From Octopus vulgaris (Eukaryota): a DNA stretch of 64,000 nucleotides. A program made the position numbers and the translations under genes. Positions 37,143-50,607 of this stretch are shown in pieces. The stretch's first letter is position 1, and each line of letters starts with the position of its first letter. The notes beneath the pieces are model-generated. The model ran no database searches, was not told the DNA's origin, and worked only from the letters and a program-made list of their open reading frames with translations. The DNA lies in assembly GCA_951406725.2 (NCBI GenBank), contig OX597822.1:88350001-88414000 (forward strand), written 5' to 3'.

Positions 37143-39801
37143 CAGTATTGCCAACTTAAAATCACAATTTTATGCTAAATTTCAGTAGAAAAATACCAAA
37201 AAAATGCTAATGCTTAATTTTTATTTACTTTCTTTAATTATATTCAGCATTGAGAAATAATTTCTTGAATTTCGCTGATTTGATCACTTTCAACTGCAGT
37301 GCCTAGGTCTTGACTTCTGTATACATTCAAGGTCCCAATCTTGTTAATTATGTGTTTTGGAATATCAAAATTTTTCAAAGATTTGCCATATCTTATAGAC
37401 AGTATTGATCTTCCTATGGAAGATACATTTTGTTTTTCAATTTTGATTTGATTACACCCATACTACTGAACAACCATTCAACTTCTGCAGTTGAGTTTGG
37501 CAATGTCAGTAGATTAATGGCAAAATTTGCAACATCTCTAAAAGGACTTCCTCCAGTAGCATCTTTATATTCCAAGACTTCCAGCCAGAATGCCTCAGTA
37601 TTAGATGTATTTGTCCATTTAACTAAATGAATGTTATTAAACTGAATTTCAATTGAAGCAATTTTTTCTTCATTTAAATGCATTACTTCTAAGACAGGTA
37701 AAATTGGCTCTTTGAAATGCTGCAAAATATTCTCTACTGAAAAACATTTGATATTTCTCAGTATATTAATATTTTCTGGCAAATGGTGCTTGAGCTCTTT
37801 ATAAAGGCAGAGTAATTTTTACTCTGCCTTTGTTGTGCTCTTTTGTGAATATTATTTTCTTCAGTGGCTGTTAGTCTTCTTGATAATCTTTCTCTCAAAC
37901 CTGTAGCCTAAATTTGGTTTAGGATCCAGAAATTTTTCAATAGAAGCATCAGGATCAAGAAGATCAATTCTACATGTTGGCAACACTATCATATTAGCAA
38001 CAGATTTGATCAAATTTGAAAGATCTTCAAGTAATTTTGTTTTGTCGACAGTGTTTGATTCAAACAGTTTATTCACTTTCTGAACATGTTTTAAAATTGG
38101 ATGCACAAATAAAAGGTAAAGTTCATTCCTAGAATCACAAGGCATTTCAAGTAACATTTGTGCTGTAAAGCATTTTTCTTTTGCAGTTGTAGTTTGGAAG
38201 TGAGTTTGCAATTCAAATCATTGGCTTAAAATTCTATTTACAGCTGATTCTGTTGACAGCCACCTAGTTGTACAAGAATTCACAATCTTCAAAGGCTCTT
38301 TATCATTGATAGCAAGGTAAAGTTGTTTGTAGGCACTTTGTCTTGTTGAAGAATGAGAGAACCATTTATAGGTTTCGGATACTAAAAATTCTAAATTAAT
38401 GGGCAAGCATTCAGCACAAGTTATTTCTGGAAAACACCATTGTTGACTCCTGTCATTACTCTAGCATTGTCAGTTCCTATACCCAGTAAATTTTTTATAT
38501 CTAATTTCTTTTTCGCTAATTCAATTTTTAAGGCACCTACAATGCCATTTGCATCACATATTGAGATATGTATGTATCACTTCTTTGTGAGTGTCACTGT
38601 AACATATGATGACAATTCCTAACAACTTGTTTATCAATATATCATTTGGATTCATCTAATAAAAGGCTAAATTTTCTATCTCTTATATCAGAAATCAAAT
38701 CTCCATCAAAATATGGAGCTACAACATTTCTCACAATATTTGCACATTTTGTACGATGCAACTTCACTTTGGACATAATATCACTGTCAGACATATAATT
38801 CTTACATAACTCTATTAAGCGATCACAGCTATTAAATGATGAATGGCAACAAATAAACATTGCTAAATTTGCTTCAAGCATAGATGTCTTATCATTTTTG
38901 GCTTTAATAAAATTGGTAAGAGGAATCATTTGCTGTGGAGTTGATGCCTTATGTTTCTTTCCTTCACAGTGGCTTACTAAAAGAGAATATTTTGCCAACA
39001 TATTCCATCTACAATATCTGCAATGTGCTTTAGATTGGTCACTAGGGACTTCACACAACCACTTAGTAAATGCTGGCATCTTAAGCCATTCCTTTCGAAA
39101 TTCTTACTGGTACAACTTTGTTTTTTCTTTGCTCATTATAATGTAGTGGGAAGCAAGAAATAAATTGAATGATTAATAAAAATATAAAATTGAAAATACA
39201 ACTTATCAGTTTGCAGCTAACAATTCTTTCATTTGCTGTTAACAATTCTTTCATTTTGTCGTGAACAATTCTTATGCTAGCATGAAAAAACACAGGCCTA
39301 TTTTTAAACAGTCAAACTGAAAGTAAATCAGTCAACTTATCATGATAAAAACTCATCACTACAGAATAAAGCACTGTTAGGACGAATTTCCATGCCTTCA
39401 TTCTTTGTAACATATTTACATTATTGTGTAGTGAGTTCAGGTGCTGACATGAATTATCTCCCCCTCCCCCCAAGCAGCGCTCTGTATCCAAGTGGTGGGG
39501 AGGGAGCTGGAAAAGTTCATGACTTGATAAATTTCCTTTGGATAACTTTCATTTGAAGTTTCATGTAAGTGAAAGAAAAATTCAACAATAGCCAATAGTA
39601 CTAAAATTTGGCTGTAAGATACTTTAACGAAAGTAGAAAAGGAGTAAAAAGAAGAAAAAGGGGGTAACTATGTTGGAAATGTCATGATCAGAATAAATTG
39701 CTAAAAAATGCTAAAGAAAATTTTAAGCTTGCTATTTCCCCTGCTAAATGCTGAAAAAAACTGTTAGATCTAGCATAAAATATGCTAAATTGGTAACACT
39801 G
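37143..39801 (-). mobile_element. Full-length but disrupted hAT transposon (ZNF862/Tip100-like transposase)
   Basis: TIRs cagtattgccaa / ttggtaacactg; perfect 8-bp TSD ggtgacag (37135-42, 39802-09); ORF pieces contain a zinc finger (AHCRYC...H...KKH), FSLLLDES, GIGTDNA, TRWLS and the dimerisation motif LLTLP.STAEVE.LFS. Confidence 0.95.
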
Positions 39802-39939
39802 GGTGACAGAACTTTGTCACTTTGCTAGAAATCAGCTCATTCTTTATATGAGGGATACATCATTGTTGTTGTCATCATTGCTTCAGCTGCCACAATGCCA
39901 CCACCACCACCACCATCATCATCATCACTATCATCATTT

Positions 39940-41630
39940 GCCAAAGTGAAAAATAAATGGAAGAAAGACAGTCTTCCTACTATGAACCCAGGAGAGGACC
40001 CAGCCATTCTTATTGACACCAGTGTGATAGACAAAGCAGTTACAGTTAAGGATATAAAGAAAGGGAAAGCCCTTAGTCCATCACGAATCACTGCTGAGAT
40101 ACTTCAAATATCTAGCAGAGTGGGATACAACCTAGTCATCCATAAAGTCAATCACATAATACAGGAAAGTATTATACTCAGCAACTGATATAGCAGCATC
40201 GGAGGTAAAGGAGATGCCTTTAAAAAGGTAAAGGAGATGCCTTACAGAGTAGTAATTACAGATGTATCAAATTGCTGGACCAGTTCATCAAAGTCACAGA
40301 AAGAGTCATAGTTCAATTACAAAAAATAGTAATGTAGATGAGATGCAGTTTGGATTCATGTCAGGAGGAAGTGCCATTAATGCTTTCATTATCACAATGA
40401 TCATCATTTAACGTCCGTTTTCCATGCTAGCATGGGTTGGACAGTTTGACCAGGGTCTGGTAAGCCATGGAGGCTGCACCAGGCTCCAGTCTGATTTGGC
40501 AGTGTTTCTACAGCTGGATGCTCTTCCTAACGCCAACCACTCTGTGAGTTTAGTGGGTGTTTTTTACATGCCACCGGCACAGGAGCCAGAGCAGGTTGGC
40601 AAACGGTCACAATCGGTTGGTGCTTTTACCTATTATAAAGCAACTTTAGAAGTATTTAATTAAAAATAAACCACTGTACTTGGCATTTGTCGACTTGGAG
40701 AAAAACCTTTGACAGGGCTCCTGCAGAAACTAAGAGTAGATGAATGGCTTTTGAGGGCCATTCAAGCCATGTACAGGGATGCTGTCAGTAAAGTGAAAGT
40801 AGCAATGAGTTCAGTGATGAATTTAGTGTGCAGGTAGTTCATCAGGGTTTTGATTATCAGTTCCCTCCTATTTATCATTGTCCCCCAGGCCATACCAAAG
40901 GAATTTAAGATTGGCTTCCCATAAGAACTCTTCCATGATGATGACCTTGTTCTTACACCTGAAGCTGTAGCAGAATTAGAACTAAAATTCCATGTGTCGA
41001 AGCAAAACCTGTCATCAAAGGGTCTTAATGTTAACTTAGCAAAGATAAAAAAAGTTCCAGTTTGCAGGAAAACAGACAGTATGCTAATCCATTCAAATAA
41101 AAGTCTGATATGTGGAAGAGGAATGGTATAAATTCCATACAGTGTACTCAGTGCAAACGGTGGACACATAAGAAGTGCAGTGGAATCAGAGGAAGATTAA
41201 CAGAGAATGCAGACTTAGTTTGTGGCAGATGTGTAGGTGAAATAAACATTTACAGTGCATAGGAAATAGGTTTTCTGGAAAGCCCAGGAAGATCCCCAGA
41301 GGTAGCAGATAGTTTCTGTTACCTAGGAGATGTAATTAGTAGTGGAGGAGGACATACTGAGAGTATAGTTGCTAGAGTAAGAACTGGCTGGAGAAAGTTC
41401 AGAGAGCAATTAACTTTCTTGGTAACAAAAGGCTTATCTCTTGAAATGAAGGGCATGCTTGTTTATGAACCCTAATGCTACATGGTTGTAAATGCAGATG
41501 ATATGTGAAAACTAGAAAGAAATGAAGCTAGCATGCCCTGCTAGATGTGCAATGTCAGCATGCATACACGATAAAGTACAAATGTGTTGAGAGAAAAATT
41601 GGACATAAGAGGTGCCAAATGTGGTGTGCA
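39940..41630 (+). mobile_element. Decayed RTE LINE (RT region) with a nested opposite-strand RTE 3' UTR copy at ~40400-40630
   Basis: KKGKA..PSRITAEIL, YLAFVDLEK, ELFHDDDL (YADD-like), FCYLGD; ends at CGVQ adjacent to an FGGY donor site. Confidence 0.85.
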
Positions 41631-41637
41631 AACTTAC

Positions 41638-41758
41638 CAACAACATCTGCAAAGGTTTGCACTAGCAAGGAATTATTCCTCAGACCTCCACACATATGCA
41701 CCACATTGATATTGTGCCCATATTTTTCAAGTTCTTGGATGATGTGTTTGGTGCCATA
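41638..41758 (-). CDS. FGGY: FGGY exon
   Basis: tttcag|...|gtaagt; YGTKHIIQELEKYGHNINVVHMCGGLRNNSLLVQTFADVV. Confidence 0.95.
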
Positions 41759-42507
41759 CTGAAAAACAAAAATCCAAGCAATAAGATTTCAGTGAGAGTT
41801 ATTTTTGAAATAAGAGATTTGTGTGTAGAAAGTATCTTAACCCTTTCATGGCTATATTTACAACAAAATACATTTCCTATGGGCTTTAATTAATTTTGAA
41901 ACATGAAAATAGGATTTAGTAAAATATCAAACTTTCTTGTTATTAATCATCATCATCATAATTGTTTTTATGTCTGCTCCTTTCCAAGCTGACATAGGTT
42001 ACATAAGACTTCAAGGGGTAGTTTTCAATGATGGCCTGACATTCTTGCTGATGGCCACATCTTCCTATGTTGAACGGGTAATTTACAGGACATATTGGTA
42101 AGATGGGATACAGATAAATGTTAGCACAGCTCAGGTGGTGTTAGTACATATACACACACACACACACACAAACACACACATCTAAAGATAAAAGATGGAC
42201 AAACAGTTATATTATGGCATTAAGAAATAATTAAGAAAAAAGACTACTGGTATTTATTCTATGTGTCCTTGATCTGCTGGAAATACTAGCTAAATTTCTA
42301 GTAAATTGCACTTTAAAAAAGAAGGAAAAACACACTGGGTAATATAATCCAAGATAAACTAATACCAAATTGATGCAAAGTAAAATGAACAACATCAGCA
42401 TTTGAACTCAGAAAAGTTATTTAGAAAGTGAGATGTTCTATGGATTTCAGTTACAGTTCTTTCCAACACCCACCCTCATAGTATATCTAAGGGAATCAGT
42501 GATTGTA

Positions 42508-42845
42508 TCTCTATATATATAAACGGCAAAAATGTCTGTATGTGTGTGCGTGTTTCCTTTATACAAATCCATAATTTTTCAGTTAGAGGGCTCACACTTT
42601 CTATGGTCATTCAAAACCGTCCAAGGGTGGTCATGCACATCTTTACATTTCCCCAGTCACCCTGCAAAGCCATTAAAAAATCAATAGAAGTGACTTTTTT
42701 GTGAATTTTCTATCAAAAACCCAATCAAAATGCCCGAAACTTGATACACCAATTGAATGCCAGCTAGCCGTATGTGATTGGTCGGAGATTTGGACAGTAC
42801 TCGCGTGTATGTGCACACGCACACAGCTGTATATGCATGCACTAG
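42508..42845 (+). mobile_element. Non-autonomous Helitron (same family as 7654-8148; 3' hairpin missing)
   Basis: A|TCTCTATATATATAAACGGC...CTAG|T; high similarity to the reverse complement of 7830-8148. Confidence 0.85.
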
Positions 42846-43067
42846 TCAACAATAAAAAGTACAAACAATATTCTTAATATATAATACATAATTTCTTTTA
42901 TGAAAAGAAGTAATGTTTAATATCTGAAGCAAGATTCAGTAAAGGATCTTCCATGAAATGTTGAATATTTTAACAGAAAAATTATTTATTCCTTTTATCA
43001 CAATCATAATTGTAGGCTTAAAATTTGTCAGTCATAACAAAGATCATATAATTAGCAGAATACTCAC

Positions 43068-43142
43068 AGCAAGGGCTTGTACTGTAGCTAAATAATGCAA
43101 ACATAATTCTTTCTGAGAAGATGACAGCTTCAATCCAGAAAT
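43068..43142 (-). CDS. FGGY: FGGY exon
   Basis: ttacag|...|gtgagt; ISGLKLSSSQKELCLHYLATVQALA. Confidence 0.95.
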
Positions 43143-43364
43143 CTGTAAATACAACGACAAAATTTCAATGTGGATACCTCATAGTTAGAATATTTTAGGC
43201 TGTTCCTGCGTTGATGTTACATTGCTGATGTTCAACTATATATACACTTGAATCTACAATATATAACAAATGTTGCTCTCAACAGGTGTTGACAAATATG
43301 TGTATGTGTGAGCATGTGTATGTGTGTGTGTGTGTGTGCGTGCGTGAGCATGTATGTATGTATG

Positions 43365-43395
<31 letters not shown>

Positions 43396-45491
43396 GCATG
43401 CATGTATATATATATGTAAAAAAAAAAAACAAATAATAATACACATCTCCAGACTTGACAGTCACATCTTGCGGTGAGCTGGCAGAAACATTAGTATGCC
43501 GGGTGAAATGCCTAGCGGTATTTCATCTGCTGCTACGTTCTGAGTTCAAATTCTGCCGAGGTCGACTTTGCCTTTCATCCTTTTGAGGTTGATAAATTAA
43601 GTACCAGTTATACACTGGGGTTGATGTAATCGACTTAATCCCTTTGTCTGTCCTTATTTATCCCCTCTGTGTTTAGCCCCATGTGGGCAATAAAGAAATA
43701 AGAAGCTTGCTTCCCAACCACATGGTTCCAGGTCCCATCCCAATGCATGGCACCTTGGGCAAGTGTCTTCTACTATAGCCTCGAGCTGACCAAAGCCTTA
43801 TGAGTGGATTTGGTAGATGGAAATTGAAAGAAAGCTGTCATGTATATATATATATATATATATAATTGTTTAACGTCTACCTCCCATGCTGGCATGGGTG
43901 GAATGGTTTGACAGAAGCCGGTTAGGCAGAAGCCTGCACCAGACTACTGTATCTGTTTTGGCAGGATTTTTACAATTGGATGCCCTACCTAACACAACCA
44001 CCCAGCAGAATGGACTGAGTGCGTTTTGTGTGACACAAGCACAGGTACGGTCACTTTTGGCAAGGTTTTCACAGCTGGATGCCCTTCCAAATACCAACCA
44101 CTTTACAGTGTGGACTGGATGCTTTTTATGTGGCACCTGCACTGACATGGTCACCAAGTAACTTGCAAGACAAAAATCCTTTGAGAGAGGAAGGTTCATT
44201 GGAAGAGGTGATTTTGTGTCAGATGATGAAAGGTTATAGCAAAACAGGAGATAGAAACAGGTGTCTTGCTGTAGAGGAGGTACAAGGTTACCTAGCGAGA
44301 GAGAGAGAGATCAGGAATACGGACAGAAACAGGTGTGCTGCCATAAAGGAGATACATGGTTACCCAACCTCTGTGTGTGTGTGTGTGTGTGTGCGTGCGT
44401 GAGTGTGCGTGTGCATGTGTGTGTGTGTGAGTGTGCGTGTGCGTGTGTGTGTGTTTTTGTGTCCTTCCATCACAGTTTGACAACCTATGTTGGTCTGTTT
44501 ACATCCCTGTAACTTAGCAGTTCAGCAAAACAGACCAATGAAATAAGTACTAGGCTTAAGAAATAAATCCTGGGGTCAATTTGTTCAACTAAAAGCCGGT
44601 GCTCCAGCATGGCCATAGTCAAATGATTGAAACAAGTAAAAGAATAAAAGAATATATACACACACACACATACACATGTATGCATGCATGTACGATTTTA
44701 TGTGTGTTTATAGATATGCTTGTGTTTTTGCTGGGGATTTCTTTCAGTTTTTTTCCCATGCAGAATTCAAACTAGACAAAGGGACATGGCCCTTTTGTTT
44801 AAGTCACCTCTGCCTATCACCAACTCTCACCTGCTTCCAAGCAAGGTAATATATTTCTGTGGCTGGGAATGAACAAGCTCACTGGTATGACAGTTGTGCT
44901 CTTTTACATCTATCACACAATGTCAAAACAAAGACATACATGCACGCACCCACACACACACACACACACACACACATGCATACATATATGAATATATATA
45001 GCACAAGGCTATAGTAGAAGACAATTTCCAAAGGCGTGATACTGTGGGACTGAACCTGAAATCACATGGTTTGGAAATGAACTTCTCTACCACACAACCC
45101 TGCTTGTTAACAGGGCCTCCAAGAGAAATTTGACAAGGTAGAACAAAACTACTTTGTGGCTCCAGGACGGAGGGTGCTCATTCAAATTTCAAGGATGTAG
45201 AGCTTCCCTTTTTTTTTATTTTAAAGGAGTGCCCAGCAAATAGAAGCAAACTCCTCCTTCACTCTTCATGCTCTGGATTAATGTATCTTTCCCCTTCTGA
45301 TTGATTCACTAGCTCATTGATAATTAAGTGTCTTTACTAACAGTACAACTTCACTTGTATAGTTATAAAACTACTTTCAAGTGGTTATCACACAAAAAAA
45401 AAAAAAAAAAAATACTAAAAATGTATTCACTGGCAGTGCTCCAGCATGGCCACAGCCTTAAGGCTGAAACGTATAAAAGAATAAAACATAC

Positions 45492-45648
45492 CATTCCTCG
45501 TAGTGTAGGATCTGCAAGTGGTGAACGATTACCATGGAAATCTGGCCACATATGTAACTTCGATGTGAGCAAAGCTACAGATGATAGTTTATTTTGCTGT
45601 CTTAAATCTTCAAGTGCTTCATTTAGAATGCTGAAAGAATGCACTGAT
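45492..45648 (-). CDS. FGGY: FGGY exon
   Basis: ttgtag|...|gtatgt; SVHSFSILNEALEDL...LHMWPDFHGNRSPLADPTLRGM, the FGGY pentulose-kinase signature. Confidence 0.97.
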
Positions 45649-46739
45649 CTACAAAAAGAATAAAAACATCATCATCATCATCACCATCATCATCAACAAC
45701 TTACCCTTTTCCCTCTCCTACTAATAAATTCACTATCCCCTTTCCTGTTGCTTGATGTATTGGTCTGCCTTAAGTTTCTATTTTTTACATTTTTCACTTT
45801 TGCCTGTTTCTCATTTTTTCACCAAGTGGATTCTCAAAATCGATTTAGTGCCACAAAATAATTTGTGGCATTTGTGGTATTTTTCGGGCTCTTTACATTC
45901 TGAGTTGAAATTTTGACAAGGACAACTTTGTCATCCATCCTTATGAGGGTTGTTGATAAAATAAAATACTAGTCAATTACTAGAGTCATATAATCGGTTG
46001 TTCCCTCTCCACAAAATTTGAAATTTTTTTGTTTATGAAAGAAAATTATATTCTTTTTCAATTTTGATAGTCATGATAATTTTGAGTTTGTTTTCTATGT
46101 TGGCATGGACAGGATGGCCCGGCAATATTCAAAAAGATCAGCAGACTATGGGATCATGTTTTACTTCATAGAATTGTTTGGTGCTAGGTAAAGCCCATGG
46201 AGATAGGAACACCAACTCACACACAAAAGTTACCCAGAGGGGATTCTCTCCCTTTAATGGTTAAATCCACCACGTGTATAACACGTGGCCTAAACCACTT
46301 CATCTCAAAAATATTTACATACAATTGGAAAACAATTATTGTTTTATTAGTTTCAGCCAGAAACTGAGGACATTTTGGAGCACCACCTTTCAATGTGATT
46401 AGATTTATTTCCTGTATTGTTTCAGGTGAAGTAGCAAGTTGGGCAGAGCTACTCTCCTTTGTGTCTCCTGCTGCCATGTGGACTTATCTGGTATCTCAGA
46501 TAAAAATTTATCCAGGCGTTCTTTAAAGACCTTCACATTTATACCTCACAAATCTCTGAGTCTGCTTGGCAGAATATTGAATAGTTGTGAACCTTTGAAA
46601 CCCAAGCTGTTACAGTATGGTGTCCTAATCCTAGATGGAGAAAACAGGATTTTTGGTATCAGTCAGTACTGTCCAGTTGATATAGCTTTCAGTTTCAAAT
46701 TTGGGAGCTAGATCTTCCAAAATCTTCCATTTGTATATC

Positions 46740-47620
46740 ATTGTATATCTTTCATACCCTCTCTCAAAGGGGTAGAGCTTCAGTTCTCTTAGCCTCTCCT
46801 AGTAACTCATCTGTTGTTCAATCTTCTTAGTATAGTTAAGGCGGCGAGCTGGCAGAAACATTAGCATGCCGGGCAAAAAGCTTAGCAGTATTTCATCTGT
46901 CTTTACTTTATGAGTTCAAATTCTGCCGAGGTCGACTTTGCCTTTCATCCTTTCCGGGTCGGTAAATTAAGTACCAGTTGCGAACAGGGATTGATCTAAT
47001 TGGCTGGACCCCTCCCCCAAAATTTCGAGCCTTGTGCCTAGAGTAGAAAAGAACCTTCTTAGTATAGTGGTGTTGGGTTGCCTCAAGTTTTGCCATCAGC
47101 TTGACGCTCTGCAGTGACCACGATTGGGAGATGTAATTCAGACAACTGAGAATAGAAATTGTTCTCCACAGGAATAGCATGGTATCCCTTTTCCTGGTTC
47201 TGAATGATCTCAGAATCCATCCATTTACTCCCCTACACAGTATTACCAACTTGGTAATATGCACATGTAATGTTGCATAATTATTCTTGGGGCTTCCCAA
47301 GTCACACACTGATTCGGATTCTGGGATTGCCCTATCCCCTCATCTTGTGTATTCCAACTGTGGACCACTGTTGGAATACCATAGTAGAGTGTTTGAAACT
47401 TCTCAGCATTGAACTGCATGTTATTTTCGTCAGCCAACCTGTATATTGCATTCTAGTGTTACTGAAATTTTAGGACGTCATCAGGGTCCTTTACTGCCTG
47501 TGATACTTTTGTATCATTAGCATAGCTGGAGAGAGTGGTTGATTGTATGCCTGAAGACATGACTGAGAGAGCCACCACAAACAATAGTGATCCCAGTACA
47601 GTTCTTATGTGGCATATTTA
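46740..47620 (-). mobile_element. CR1/L2-group LINE RT fragment with a nested SINE (46837-47054)
   Basis: YANDTKV (FADDTK-like), NNMQFNAEKFQ, GWILRSFRTR; the SINE is flanked by a 14-bp TSD. Confidence 0.82.
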
Positions 47621-48196
47621 TGTCTCCTATCAAAACATTGAAACACTTTGTCATCCATCTTTGATCTTACTACTGCAAAAGTTTCCTGGTCCCAGAGTGG
47701 ATAGTCTTTTCACTGTGACTTATTTCTTGACTACCCACAAGGGGCTAAACAAGAACAGACAAACGGATTAAGTCAATTATATCGACCCCAGTGCGTAACT
47801 GGTATTTATTTAATCGACCCCAAAAGGATGAAAGGCAAAGTCGACCTTGGCGGAATTTGAACTCAGAACGTAACGGCAGACGAAATACAGCTAAGCATTT
47901 CGTCCGGCGTGCTAACGTTTCTGCCAGCTCGCCGACTTTTCACTGTGAACTACAGTGTTGAACAGAGGCAAACAAACATTATCCAACCATCAAATTTATC
48001 AGACTTATAAAAGAGGCAGCCAACCTCCCATGCCAACTAAGTAAAAACTTTTAAAAGCTACACATTTACATAATTAACCATAAAAACTAACTGTCCACCT
48101 GTTACTGTTTACTGACAGACTTGATTGAACAAATCTATAATGAACTGCATTCCAGTTGTGACCATCCTGTCTTTTTGTATATATGTAGCTACATTG

Positions 48197-48536
48197 GGAT
48201 CTTTTCGGTTTGAACGGCAGTTTTTAACATAATTTCTAGGTAACTAAAAAATTTCAAACTCCATATACTGGTAGAAATAAACCCAATCTGTTTCTTAAAC
48301 GAGGGACATATTCATAGGGCACAGAATGCTTTCACCGCAATAGACAGTCATTGATTGGTTGAAATTGCCGAAATGCAAGAAATTAAAGACGAAATATGTT
48401 ACAAACTACAGAATTTTCTCAAGAAAGCCAAGAGAAAATGATGTTTTATAAACACATTCTACTAGTATACGAAGTTTAAAATTTTTTAGTTACCTAGAAA
48501 TTATGTTAAAAACTGCCATTCAAATCGAAAAGATCC
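48197..48536. mobile_element. Merlin-type MITE
   Basis: ~80-bp TIRs GGATCTTTTCG...CGAAAAGATCC; perfect 8-bp TSD ctacattg (48189-96, 48537-44); GG termini with an 8-bp TSD fit Merlin; older relative near 4090-4280. Confidence 0.8.
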
Positions 48537-50560
48537 CTACATTGTCCAATAAGTCCTTTTCTTGTTAGGATAGTAGAGGTCAGGGAATGGAGATTTGGCT
48601 GCTATTTTTAGTGGGTTGATTGACTGGTTGGAGCAGGCATGGGCAACCTTTTTTTGAGAAGCGAATCATATGACGCATGGTTCATCAATCTAGCAAGCTG
48701 CACTATTAAAAAGATTCATGATAATTTTTCATTATGCAAGTCATTCACAAAGTCGGGTACTTGTCTATTGTCGTGTAATTCAAAGTTGTTCATTTTGATA
48801 TGGCTCAAGAGGCATTATGGACTTTTAAATGGAGATTGAGAAAAATTGTTTCAATTAGAAAAGCAACATTTCTAGAAAATAGTAAATTGAAGTGTGAACA
48901 CAGCACCTTACAGAGTATAAGTATATGACATTTATTTTTAAAATTTAACTTCATTTGTTTTATATTCTAAATAATTTGCAATTTCAAAAAATATATTAAT
49001 TTTGCGTTTTTTAATTTGATAAATTCTACGGAATAATTTTGCGCGTTTTTTGATAAATTCTACGGAAAGAATTTAGTGCGAAAAATTTATACATTTATAC
49101 ACAAAGACCTGTTGAGGCAAGCGAAGTTGATATCGAACCTCATCCCACGACAGGCACCCATGCCAACCCCCTTTGCTTGCGAAGACATGTTGGGGCAAGT
49201 GTGGCACCCGGCAAATGCCAGGACCCCTGGACTGGTGGTACGTAAAAAGCACTATCCGAATCGTGGCCGATGCCAGAGCCGCCTCGACTGGCACCAATCC
49301 GACCGTGGCCGTTGCCAGCCTCGCCTGGCACTTGTGCGGGTGGCATGTAAAAAGCACCCACTACACTCTCGGAGTGGTTGGCGTTAGGAAGGGCATCCAG
49401 CTGTAGAAACATTGCCAGATAAGACTGGAGTCTGGTGCAGCCTTCTGGCTTCCCAGATCCCGGTCGAACCGTCCAACCCATGCTGGCATGGAGAACGGAC
49501 GTTAAACGATGATGATGATGAGAAGAAATTAATTCATTAAGTTTACCAAATTATATACGTCTGTAAAAAAAAAAAAAGTTTCACAAATTATATACGTTCG
49601 CGTATGTGTAAAAAAAATTATTAACCAAGTTTTATAAATTATTTACTTTGTTCAAAAATTATTATTAATATTAATTAATTTTCAAGAATTATTTAATTTA
49701 TATAATTAATTCATTAATTTTATTCTGTAAAATAGTAATTAATTCATTTATCTGTAAATCCGCGAGGAAAGCGACTATGTAATTTTTTTGTGTAAAATTG
49801 AAAATGTTATATATACACACACACACACACATATATTTTTAGTGAAATCCAACCTTTTTTTAGGGGGGGGGGTAACGCGCATGCGCGAATTCTGCACTGC
49901 GCATGCGCAAGTCACCTCGTAGGATCTCGAGTATCGAGCACCTACGTCTGGCGCGCGCGCGAATTCGCGTGTGCGAAACCGGGACCACGACAATAGACAA
50001 GTACCCAAAGTCGTGCAGGCCACAGGTTGCCTGTAAATGGATTAAATGTTCTGTGAGGTAGTATTTATCCCCCACTTAAATGTGGGTGTTCTATAAAAAC
50101 AAACTTTATGAGAGAAACTTTCATATTGGCTTTTGTGGTGCAAAATGCACTTTTGTTTCTACATGGCTGCGGCCATGCTGGGGTACCGCCTTGAAGGGTT
50201 TTAGTTGAACAAATTCACCTTAGGACTTATTTCTTAAAGCCTAGAACTTATTCTATCCTTCTCTTTGACCGAACCGCTAAGTTACGGGGTCGTAAACACA
50301 CCAGCACCGGTTGTCAAGCGGTGGTGGAGAACAAATACGTATGTACGTTCGCACGCACGCACGCACCTACCTACCTACCTACCTACTTACCTACATTATT
50401 GACTATGCGCCATTTACAACCGAAAGGCAACTACTCGTCACTAAAGTAACCGAATGTTCTAGTCAGCACCAACATTGCTAGAAATACGAGTCAAAACAAT
50501 TCTTAGCCACGTGAGAGCACAACTGACAAAAGAGACAAGCTCGCTACGGCAAGCAAGATG

Positions 50561-50607
50561 GAATCATATCAATGGTTTCAGATTTGATTAATCTTCCTCA
50601 GTGACCC
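50561..50607 (-). ncRNA. Candidate minimal type I hammerhead ribozyme
   Basis: GGGUCA-CUGAGGA-AGAUU(AAUCA)AAUCU-GAAA-CCAUUGA-UA-UGAUUC: intact core, 5-bp stem II, 6-bp stem I, one mismatch in stem III. Confidence 0.6.
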
